A program made the position numbers and the translations under genes. DNA of 64,000 nt from Spironucleus salmonicida (lineage: Eukaryota), in NCBI RefSeq assembly GCF_000497125.1, contig NC_090599.1:1550001-1614000 (forward strand), written 5' to 3'. Below the pieces are notes generated by a model. The model saw nothing but the letters and a program-made list of their open reading frames with translations. It ran no database searches and was not told the DNA's origin. This document shows, in pieces, positions 53,116 through 64,000 of this stretch; the first letter of the stretch is position 1, and each line of letters opens with the position of its first letter.

Positions 53116-55245
53116 ATGTACTAGTAACTAGTATAGTCTAAGTTTAAGGATAGTACATCTTTTATGACCCCAATTTTAAATTTTTTAGGTATATACTAAT
53201 TAGTGCCTGATTTATCTATTATTCCATCGTTAATATAGTAACCAGAAGATAGTAATAAAACATTTTCACTCTTGAATTAGTAAGTATTTAAAGATTCATA
53301 AAAGTGCAACTATCTATTTATATTAAAAATTTAGTCACATTTTAAGTCAATTCAGGAAGCTTTTAAGCTTTGTAATTCATTAGAAAAGTAAGCACTTACT
53401 AAACTTATTAAACCAATCTACATTAATTTTTCAAAGTCTAGTTATAGAATATTAAGAGTTATAGCTGTAATTATTGCATCAATATTCGATTTTCCTTCTC
53501 TATCTACAGATATTTGTCCTGGAATTAGGGCATTTTTACCTTCTCAGGATTCATTTTAAGATCCAGATCCAGATGTTCGTTTACAAGCTTTATTATAAAA
53601 TTGTGTAGAACCAATTAATTTACTTTTTGATGATAATGAAACAGTAAGGACATTTGCAACGGCAATGATAAAACCATAGTAAATATAAGATAATCTTATA
53701 TTAGGAAATATCCGATCTGCCAGAATCTTTGCAATTTCATAGTTGATGTTAAAGAAAAATTACTTCAAATAAATAATAAAGATATGTTTTGATTAATAAT
53801 CATAAATAATATTATAAATAGCAAAAGATATGTTGATTGCGTTTGCTGTTACAGGATTTGATATTAAAAAATTTGAAGTTGATATTTCATTTTAAAGCGA
53901 AGTAGAAGTTTGTTTTTAACTTTGTATTTTTATAGCATTGAAAGAAAAAGAAGTTGTTGATAAGAAATTTTTTTAATATTTTGATTAAAAACAATTCGGT
54001 TTTAATGAAAAAGATAAGATTAAAAAAATAAATGAACTGATTAGTAATATATGTCTTGCTGATATGAATTAAAAAATATAAGAATTGCTAAGTAGAATTA
54101 GTAGCTTTTAATCTTAAGATGTATCATATTGTTTAGATTTATTTTTAAATTCATATATAGAAGAAATAACAGATAATTAAATATTATATGACCTTTGTTA
54201 GTAAATTTTAAATCCATAGTAGATTAAAAAATTGTTTAAAAATGATGCCAATTACACAAAGCATCTAAACAAAAAATTAGTAGAGTTTGAAAAATAAATT
54301 AACCTTATGTAAGTTGAAAGTATAGATTTTAATTAAATTTTAAGTATTACACCTTTAAATTTTCCAGATATAGATAGCATAAAGTTGTTTTACTAAAATT
54401 GTCAATTTTTAGATATTAGTTTTAATGATAAAGATGAAGTATTTTTTATAAAAGTAAGTTAACTATCTGAATTACTTTTTATACTTTTGCTTAGAATGAA
54501 AGAGGGTGGTGAAAGAGATAATGCTAGTACTTAAGCTTTTATTAATTATTTAAATTATCTAATATCTTAATATGGTAAAATTTTATATAATATTTTATAC
54601 GAGGGAGTTATAATTGATGATGAAAATATAGATAAATAACTAACAAGATTAAGTTTATTTTTTTCCTTTTTAAATAAGTTGTTAATTATTCTCGGTAATT
54701 CTAGGAAAGCGTTTAAGAATTTTTAGATACCTAATATGGTTTAACTATCTATTCTGTTATACTCATTAAAATATTACTTATTTACTGCATAGGATGTAAA
54801 TAAACTTAAAGACGATAACCTTATCTCAGTTTGCTAAGAGTTATAGAACTAAGTATTTTCTATGTTAGAATTTCAGGATAAAGTTATTATTTCTTGTATT
54901 GATTTGCCATTATTTAGATCTCAACTATAAAAAATACTGAAACAAAAGCTTAAGATTGATGAGTTATTTACCTCATTAGTGTTTGCATTTAAGTTGATAT
55001 CGAATTATAATATTGATTAGGAATATGAATTTTCAAAATTATAGAAAGATCTATAGCCTGAAAATTAATTAGGTCAATGCTTTTCTAAAGAGATTAATAG
55101 TTTTTTCAAGGCTCAAAAAACAGATTTAAAGAAGGTTAAAAAAGAATGGATAAAAATATCTCTTTGGGCATAGAATAAATCAATATATGAGGGTTTAACG
55201 TCAGGTCTTGATAGTTCAGAATTATAAAAGTTCTAACATTTGTGA
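53116..55245 (+). CDS. Helical/HEAT-repeat protein (709 aa)
   Basis: FQDPDPDVRLQAL and LFDDNETVRTFA are HEAT-like. Weak resemblance to stromalin/condensin HEAT subunits, not assigned. Confidence 0.65.
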
Positions 55246-55282
55246 TAACTTATTATATTATATAATATATTTTTTCTTAATA

Positions 55283-56434
55283 ATGTAGCCTACAATTATT
55301 TCGCTAATTGGACGATAGTGTTTACCAGTTTAGTCTATACCTGAAATAATTCAACAAGATTTTATAACTTCTATTAAATTGCGACGTTAATCTATCAAAT
55401 CATTGGTATCCGATGGAAATGTACAAGCTATCCGAAATTTAATATTCACCCCTTATTAATTTGACTAATTTTATTCATAAATTTTAACTAAAAATAAATA
55501 TATTTCTACTGCACCAACTCACCGTACAAGTAGTAATGAGGTTGCTTAATTGCTATTAAATCCAAATTCGTCATTCTTCGAAATTAAAAATTTAGATAAG
55601 GCAGTTGATTCTCTTATTTACTATTTAGCTCTTACATCATCTCACTTTACTCCTCTTGTTAATTAATTTGAATAGACAGTTTAATCTAAACTCGATACAT
55701 CATAACTTTAGTCAATTGTACTTTAAGAGGTTTCAAATGAAGTATAATAATAAATTAGAACTACAGAATCAAAACTTAATTAACAGAATGAAAAGATAGC
55801 TTAAATTTAGCATGAAATAATTTAGCTTAAATAGATATCTGAAAGAATAGATATAGGTAAAACACTAGCTTTAGAGCAATTTTAAAAAATTCAAACGGCC
55901 TAAGAATAGATTAATTGCTCAAGCAAGTCTATTCTAACTAAGGTGTAATATTAATTCAGTAAAAAATAGACTAAGGTATAAGAACTTTAAAAATTATTAA
56001 AAGTTATTTAGAATTATATAACAAATGATTTGACTTAAAAAGAGATAGATTATGAATAAATGAAAACTAACTTTACATCAGAAATTCAAGTGTATAAAAA
56101 GAAAATCATTTAACTATAAGATTAAGAATCATCAATTAAATTAAGGCAATAAACCCTTACGGTATAAAAATAAGAAATTTCGAAGAAATAGTTAAAATAA
56201 GATTCAAAATTGAACAAGTTTGAATCAGAAATAACGTCAAAAATAGATACTTACACAACAGATGTGGAACGTTAACTGGTAGAGTTTTAATCTAATTTTT
56301 AAACGTTAAAATTGACATTAGAAACTAGTAAAAGATGTTAAAGAGATACTGATGCATTGATGGCAAGAAATTAAAAATTAGAGGAAGAAATAATAGCTAT
56401 AAAAAAAGAAAATGCTAAACTACGCGAGAAATGA
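55283..56434 (+). CDS. Coiled-coil protein (383 aa)
   Basis: MQPTIISLIGR...KKENAKLREK*, with a long C-terminal coiled coil. Confidence 0.7.
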
Positions 56435-56443
56435 TCAAAATTA

Positions 56444-57562
56444 TCACTTAAGAAATTTACAGTTTAGGAGTTACTCTGGTGACCAACGGGAGGCAGGGTC
56501 ATACGTTAACAGACCTTGCAGCATTTCGTAATATGATTCATAGTCGTCTTTAGTTTCTCTTAGATATGGGTTTTCAATTTCATAACGTAAATGCCGTAAT
56601 TCACACTATGGTCTTCCAACTGCTTTTAACACAGCTTCTGATGGATAAAATTTATCCTATTTTGCAATTTAAAGCTCATCCATCTATTCTAAATGTTGCG
56701 AATAGAAATAATAATCTGACTAAACAAAAAATCTCTTCGATTCTTCTCTCATTTTTCCATTTTGCACTAAAAAGAACTATGGAGGGGTACCCAGTAATGT
56801 AAACATCTACCGACATAACATATGAGATGAATTTGATGGGAAAACGGGTTGAAGCTTGTGCATTTCAAATATGAGGCAGCCAAAAGACCACATGTCAATG
56901 GGAAAAGAATATCGCAATCTGTACAAAACTTCTGGTGCTCTAAACCATCGAGATTAAATATAAGAGTGAAGCTTATCTTATTCGAATCTAACTGCTGAAC
57001 CGAAATCAATTAATTAGAATTCACCATCCTCTGAAACCATAATGTTATCTGGTTTAATATCAGTATGAATTAAATTACGTTATTTGAAAACTAAAAACCA
57101 CTAAGCCATCTTTTTAATTATAGGTTTAAGCTCTGTAAGTGAAATTCCAGATCTTCTTGCTCGAAGATGCTTGCTAAGACTCTAATTCAACAATTCCATA
57201 ATAATAAAAAAATGACCTTAATAATCAAATGTCTCAATTATCTTTGCTGTAATATTCGTATCTTCAATGCTTCTCATAATAGTTGCCTCTCTTTCGCAAG
57301 ATTCTCTAAATATTTTTTATTATCTAGCTACTTTCGCAGCATATTATTTACCTTGTTAATTTTCTACATGTAATACTCGTCCAAATGAACCTTATCCAAG
57401 TAATGCTAAAACTTTGTATTATTTGAACATCGAACCTGGTCTAATCGCATTAAAGTAACCATCAGAATCTGTAAACGTTTCGCTATGTACTACAAATGAT
57501 CGTGTTAGTTTATTCATACCCTGTGCTGGTTATTAAAAGGATTAATTTATAGGAAGAGTCAT
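56444..57562 (-). CDS. DYRK-family kinase (CMGC)
   Basis: DH-box-like FTDSDGYF, LGQGSFGRV, YAAK, IHTDIKPDN, IDFGSA, SYIQSRWFRAPEV, IDMWSFGC, LTYDPASR. Confidence 0.92.
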
Positions 57563-58320
57563 TGATTTTAGAGCGGATTGGGTTATTGAGAGTTTAATAG
57601 AATATTAATATAATATTTCAAAGTTTATACAAATAAGTTATATTATATAGTATAATTTTTAGTAATAGAAAAATTAAAAATTTGATAAAATAATCAATAA
57701 TATTAACACTTCATAAAAATAAAATATAACATCATTTTTACTTATTAGTTGGAGAAAATACGTAATATAATACATTACACTTCAATTTGTAGAATATATC
57801 ATCAGCATACAACTTCAGATATATAAATCATATAAATTGGTGAAAAAGAGCTAGAGTTATCATTGTTTTTCATTTGGACACAAAATATAAATTTAATTAG
57901 TTTCTTATTCATACTACTTCAATACTTATTCCCTTCGCCTATTTTTCCGTGACTAAGTTTTAAAACAAAAAAATATATCAATTTTGTATAAAAGAAAATA
58001 TCTAACTATTTACAATCAAATAACTAAATAAAAGGTCTTTTAATTTATCCAAATTATACTAATTTCGTATTTCTGGCTATTTTATATGGTTTTAATTTTT
58101 ACTTTAGCATTCAACATGATCTGAATGCAGTTATTATTTTTATTTTTGTAAGTGCGATAATAATATAATTGCTCAATATAATCATGATGCAATTTACGTT
58201 TTTTCAAATAAATATAAGAATAAATGTTAAGCATTAATTGTAATTTACTATTTATATTTTATGTTATCTTTAGTTTGAATACAAATAGTTCAAAAAATTT
58301 AATATACACTCAATACACAT

Positions 58321-58590
58321 TCAAATAAATAGTCTCATAAGTCGCTTGAAAATTGATCGAACTTTCATACTTTCCTCTTTTTCTAAGACAAGCACTCGTA
58401 ATACATCACTACCCTTTGCTAAAGTGAAAACAGTTGCTTAATAGTCTACAATTGGCTGATAGTTTGGTAGAAAATTACATTTCGAATTTGTTAATTTACT
58501 AATATATTCTGCAACTTTGATAAACGGCGTATTATCTGGTACTACAAACGGTTAGATTATATGCTTATTTGTGTTCGGAATTATTTTCAT
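58321..58590 (-). CDS. Small probable ubiquitin-like (beta-grasp) protein, Ufm1/ATG12-like, with no C-terminal Gly (89 aa)
   Basis: MKIIPNTNKHIIQPFVVPDNTPFIKVAEYISKLTNSKCNFLPNYQPIVDYQATVFTLAKGSDVLRVLVLEKEESMKVRSIFKRLMRLFI*. Confidence 0.55.
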
Positions 58591-58656
58591 TTTAAAAATT
58601 TGTAATTTAATATAATTTTTATTATATATATAAATAAATAATTTTTCAATATTAAA

Positions 58657-59490
58657 ATGTTTGTTATTTTGCAATATCATATTAAAGTGACAGAGGAGCT
58701 ATTTATTAATAAAAACGAGCTAAATCTAGCTACACGACCTTATTTAGAGGGTATACGCCTATAAACAGGAGTTGATATTGTTATTATCTCGTAAAATAGA
58801 TTTAGACACTCTGTTGAAGCAGGTAAAGTTGACGATAAGAAGCTAAACAAAATATTATTATCAAATGATAGCATTAATATTTTTCAGGTGGCGTTAACAG
58901 GAGCTTAAGTTCACCCATTGCTCTAATATTTAATTTAATCGTCTTCCTGTGATAGATAGCGAGACCTATTCCCTGAATTGCACGGAGTTTAACTAGATCT
59001 GAATAATGCTACTTGTGCTGTATCAGGAGTTAGGGTTTGCACATGGTTTGTATCGGAATCATATTTATGTAAACGGTGGTAAGTGCTTACAGATACAGAT
59101 ATTGTAAGGGTTATTATTGATTCTTATCTTATAAATGACACGAGAGTCCAAGAAATTTTAACCGGTACACCATTATCTTCAAAATCAATAGATTTAGTTA
59201 AATCAGTTAAATATTTTTTGTTTTCATATACAGGTGATCTGTTAGAAAATGATATATCAGGCTAGTAAACTAATGAGTCTAGTCTGAACTCATTTGTAGT
59301 TGTTTCTTGCCTTATAATTGTTATGGCAATTGGTATTAACATCTTTTTTATTTATTCTAGATACGAACTTCAATCACCAGAAAATGATTCTTACGTCGGA
59401 TAGTAGATGCAAGAAACAGAAGAAGAAGCAAAGTTTAAAAAATTAGGTAGGAAAGAAGTTTTAGAACAATTAGCTGGTAACAATGAGTGA
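58657..59490 (+). CDS. Membrane protein with a stand-alone 5'-nucleotidase C-terminal-like domain (277 aa)
   Basis: GIRLQTGVDIVIISQNRFRHSVEAGKV...LNKIL...VALTGAQVHPLLQ...FPELHGV follows the 5_nucleotid_C pattern. Single TM FVVVSCLIIVMAIGINIFFIY and a short charged tail. Confidence 0.65.
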
Positions 59491-59497
59491 AATTTTG

Positions 59498-60751
59498 TCA
59501 CTACTATGTTTTTCGTGCAGTTTACGCCTTCATCTATGTTTCCTCATGCTCTAGACGAGATTTACTCAAGAACTCAAGTTATGCTAGCTTCGCTGAACCT
59601 CGGAATTAAAATTCTCCCTTTGGTATTTCTGCTTCGAATTTTAATGGATTATGGATAATTTCTCGCTTTAAACCTTGACTTTGGGTAAGAAATTCCTATT
59701 AGTTTTTATTTCGCATCCGTGCATTAAGGACTGGTTATAAAGTTCTGATCTGGCGGCCGTGCAATTGTGATAGTAACAATGTTGGATAGTTATTAGCTAT
59801 TTTCAAAATCTCAAGATTATTTAAGTTATTAGAGTAAAATTAGTTGGAATATTCCTTATTAAAATCCTATCTATAAACGATAGTTGGTTTTGGATTAAGT
59901 AAATTTTTAATTTTTGCTTACATTAAAGGTATTTCACTATTTACAGTGGGAGAAATAGCCATTCGGCCAAAATTAGGTTAATCATTATTTTCAAAGTTTC
60001 TTTCTCGTTTTTTGACATCAGCAGGACTTGGTTGAGCTGATTAACAGCGTATTTTAGAATCTTCCATTTTTTTGCAATTATTATTTTTATACAATAAGTT
60101 AATATTATTAAAATATTATTAAGCATTTTTCTATTTATAGAATATTTTCAAGTTCAGTTATCACTTAGTTCTTCGGCATTTTTTAATCAACATTTCCTCA
60201 TACTCAATTTTTGACTTGCTTAAGGATTTAATTTAGCTAAACGTTGCTTCGCCGCGTAAAAAATACTACCCTGATACAATTTTCTTATTAAAAAATAACG
60301 GGTTATGTCTAATTTCTCTCTCCAGCCCACAACTCATTGATAAAAAATCTTTGATGTTTTAGTTATTGTTTCGAGCTTTAAATATAGGTGTTATTTATCT
60401 TAACTATCGTTCTGAACATTATTATGATAACATTTTTTCATATTTATTAGCGCATTTTAACATTTCAAGATCATTAAGCGAATTAGAGTAAAACGACGGT
60501 GGTAAATTTTTATTAGCAATAGACTGTGTAACTATTGTAGGTGGAGGGGTAAATAAGTTTTTAATACTTGCTTAGAATATTGGAATATGAGAGCCAGCTT
60601 GAGGAGAAATAGCATTTTTTCCTAAATTAGGATTGCTACTTGTATCAAAGTTCTTTTCTCGCTTTGAAATTTACTATGATAATTCTGGTAGTGAAATTAC
60701 TGGTGCTTTTTCGAAAGATACAAATGATTTTTTGTTATCAATTTACTTCAT
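59498..60751 (-). CDS. Hypothetical protein (417 aa)
   Basis: MKQIDNKKSFVSF...MKAQTARKTQQ*. Ends TAG-TGA. Confidence 0.65.
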
Positions 60752-60863
60752 TCAGTCAATATCGTTTTGTATTATATAAATTAGTCAACTGATCTATAAG
60801 TTTTGTTAATACTTTTAAATGAATATTATATATAATAATTTATTATATATTTCCGCAAACTAA

Positions 60864-61856
60864 ATGCCATTTGCCTTACTTCCATAGATTCCAAAAACTT
60901 ATTCTCCCTAAGAAGGTATAACTTTAGAATTATCTAAGAATGCATTATTTGCTACGTTTAAGTTAATATCACCTTCTCATGCTGCAGCATCAAAAAGGAT
61001 TTAAGACTTCAAAGATAATCATAACCAAGCTGTTATAGGGTTTTCTAGTTAGCTGTATTAGTTTTTAACAAATTCTGAGATTGAAGTTTATGATTTTCCA
61101 ATAATTGAAACTGTAGCTAATACTTAAGCGGATTTACTGATTTATATACATTAGACAGAATAGTTATACGACTCACCACTTGCTATATAATAAATATTTA
61201 ATGGTGTTTTTGAAATTACTGATTTTCAAGTATGTAGTTAATTTTTAAAACCTCATTTAGATTTAAGAGGTAACTAATTCGGTATATAAAAATAAGACAT
61301 GACTGAAGTATTTGACCCTGATTTTAACAGCTTTATGGGTTATTTTAGATATTAGTAAAATGTTAATGTGGATTTTAATTAAATTGAAATTGACTAGCAT
61401 TAATAAGTTTTTGAGAATTCATTGTTAGTTCACGATTATCCATGTTTTACAACTAGGGTTTAAGGAGTATCATAAGTAATTTTCAATGATAAATTATTTG
61501 AAATAGAACGATTTGTAAGAAAATAACATGGAAAGGTAGATTTGTATGAGGATCCATTTTTGAAATCTTTTTAGTTAGTTGCTTCTGGATTCTATATCGC
61601 ACCAAATAACTAGGTATTTGATGAAATATTTGAGAGATTTTCTGGAGTAGGGCATTCTGTTGAAGTAGCTGATGTAAAGGTTAAAAAGTTTAAATTTGAA
61701 TGGGATGAAGAGGCTGACGCGGAAGAAGATGGTGAAGGTGAGGAAGAAAAAGTAGAAGAAGAAAAATAAGAAGAGGAAGAGGAGTAACATGAATAGTAGG
61801 CAGATGAAAAGGATAATCTGGAAGAATAAAACGATGATGATATTGACGAATAATGA
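60864..61856 (+). CDS. Hypothetical protein with an acidic tail (330 aa)
   Basis: MPFALLPQIPK...WDEEADAEEDGEGEEE...DDIDEQ*. TTCCGCAAA lies upstream. Confidence 0.7.
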
Positions 61857-61894
61857 TTTATATTTAATTATATATATAAAATTTCTTCCGCAAA

Positions 61895-64000
61895 ATGTCA
61901 TACATTAAAAATGCTCAATAACTAGTAAAATAGATTGACCCAACAAATATTGATTCTATAAAGAAGTTATTTAGTGGAAATTTGGTGAATATTGATGTAT
62001 TTTCTAATGTTATTCACACATATATCCACAAATCCTTTTAAGTAAATGACACAGCTCTTAATTACTTGGCATCTGCTATTATTGATTTATTTGAAGAATT
62101 AGATTCTGATCTTGATGGATTCGTCACATGGTAAGATTTTATTGGTTATTATTCAGAAACGTCATCACAGAGTATTTAATCAAAAGATAAGGCATCAAAT
62201 GTAGCAACAATTTTTAAGTCCATTCAAGGCTAGTCATCTGCAAATTCTGGGAAAACTGGTAAAATTATTATCGATCCAGTATTCCCAAATAATGGAGAAT
62301 TCACAGATTTGCAAGGAACTTGCATTAAATCATTTAATATATATAACGAAACCTATTTTTTGACAACTGAAAGCGGTGTTTACTCATGCGACCAATAATT
62401 CTTATTTCCAAAATTAATATTTGAACCAACTATTGCCAATTTAGTAGGGCATAAACTCGAAAAAGATATCAAAGTTGATCCACGATTAAAAGAAAAAAGA
62501 GAGAAGGAGGCGTTCTTAAAACTTTAAAAACTTGGCATATAAATTAAAAACAAAAAGAAGGAATAAACTATTGATGAAAAAATTGATATTTAATAATACC
62601 TAAGGGGAGTAACAGCTCACTAGTTGTCTTAAAATTCGTCTATTTAGTGTTGTTTGGTACTTAGACCATTACCTCTAATGGCGGTGTGTTGTGATTATCC
62701 TGTGCTAATTTTAGTTTAACTATAAGGAACATTAGGATTTACTGAACCAATTCCATTAACTAGTAAAGCAGTATCAATGTTTTTCGACAACGAGTCAATG
62801 AAATTATATTTAGGTCATGATAATGGTATTATAAGTTTCTATGATATTAAAAAACGCGAAATCCAACCAGATAACACCATTACAACCCCAGATAATATTA
62901 AAACTATTTTAAATGGAAGAAATGTTGAAACCCTAACCCGATAAGAATTATTGACCTTGTATCCAGACCTAAAATCATGTGTAGTAGATATAGCAGACGA
63001 TAATAATTAAGGTTTACAAAGTTCTATTGAGGCTGCTCGTTTAAAATAGAAAATGGCGGTATAGAGTATCCTTAAACTAACAGCAAATGATATGTAGATA
63101 ACTGATTTAATAACAGAGAAAATTTTTGATGCTAATTAATCAACAATGAAGACACATTTTATTAAATAGATCGATATAATAAAAGAGGACCCGCAAGCAT
63201 TTTTGGAGGTAGCAGGATAGCCTGGACCTCTATAAAGAGCAGTAAAGGAGTTAAAGCATGGAGGAGTATAGATTTAAATGCAATGTGAATTTATTGACTC
63301 AAAGTATGCTGTGTAAGGGGCTGTACGTCATTTATCAGGCGGCAGAGGAAATTGGGAAAGATTAGATGAAACAACAAATATTTTACGTGTTGTAGCATGT
63401 GGTAATGATGGCTCTGTTATTATTTTTGATGAAGAAATTGATGTCATCGCTTCTTTTCCAGAGCTTCATCCTGAAGGTGTTGTTGGAATACATGTGTTTA
63501 ATGATTTGATCACTTCTGTTGGATATAATGACGTTTATTAAATCAGTAGAGAGGCTATAAATTCAGCTTATATGGGATAAATCATATCAGTTGACAATAA
63601 ATAGTTGGATTTATCCGCTGAGTCAACTAAAGTTAAATCTAAACAGTAGAAGGTTAAGCATACTGATTAAAACGAATTGATAAAAGGAGATTTAATGAAA
63701 TCGAAGCATTTAATAAATTTAATTCAACCACCTAGACCAGGCAGACCAATTCTGACATCATTTATATTGGGTAATACAATTGGTGTAATTGATCATTAAA
63801 ATTATTTGACACTATTTCATGCGGAGACTGGAGCACATCTAACAAGGGCTTCTATGTCTATACCTAACCTTTTAAGCCTGCGATTTGGAGTGCCCACATA
63901 TCATTATTCTAAAGATACAGGTTTTATTTTAGCAGGGAAGTTTATATATACAATGAAGGCTATTCCAAACGAAACAGTGTAAGATGAATAGGCTATATGG
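61895..64000 (+). CDS. EF-hand + WD40 repeat protein (WDR49/WDR64/EFCAB8-like), 3'-truncated by the window edge
   Basis: LFEELDSDLDGFVTWQDFIGY EF-hand, followed by WD-like LYLGHDNGIISFYD and VVACGNDGSVIIFD. Confidence 0.75.

Noticed and set aside
53116-55245. Assignment of the HEAT protein as cohesin Scc3/STAG
   Set aside because: Only generic D-x-x-x-x-VR HEAT motifs are visible, which is not enough for a specific call.

Overview
Gene-dense, AT-rich eukaryotic DNA with no intron that I could identify. It uses the non-standard code TAA/TAG = Gln, with TGA as the only stop, so the supplied standard-code ORF track is fragmented and often shows shadow frames. Re-read by hand with TAR=Gln, the window tiles into about 44 ATG..TGA genes, mostly with very short intergenic spacers. 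The code, the lack of introns, an AGTGA signal overlapping many stop codons and anaerobe genes (H2O-forming NADH oxidase, 2[4Fe-4S] ferredoxin) point to a hexamitine diplomonad, Spironucleus-like; this taxon assignment is inferred. Recognisable genes: MYST acetyltransferase, EFR3-like, proteasome alpha subunit, three kinases (one unclassified, RIO1, DYRK), NADH oxidase, PP2C, SMYD-like SET protein, mRNA guanylyltransferase, NFRKB-like, EF-hand proteins, Vps23/TSG101, DHHC palmitoyltransferase, PsiE-like membrane protein, XMAP215, TrmO, ferredoxin, BBS2, hexose-6-phosphate epimerase and a PPPDE peptidase. The most interesting locus is 32271-34016, a Schlafen/AlbA_2-like domain fused to a STAND (NB-ARC-like) NTPase, i.e. 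an NLR-like architecture. Also notable: an orphan 5'-nucleotidase C-terminal domain membrane protein, a ubiquitin-like protein with no terminal Gly, GC-rich patches centred on convergent gene junctions, and shared promoter motifs. All family calls are motif recognition by eye; no database search was run.
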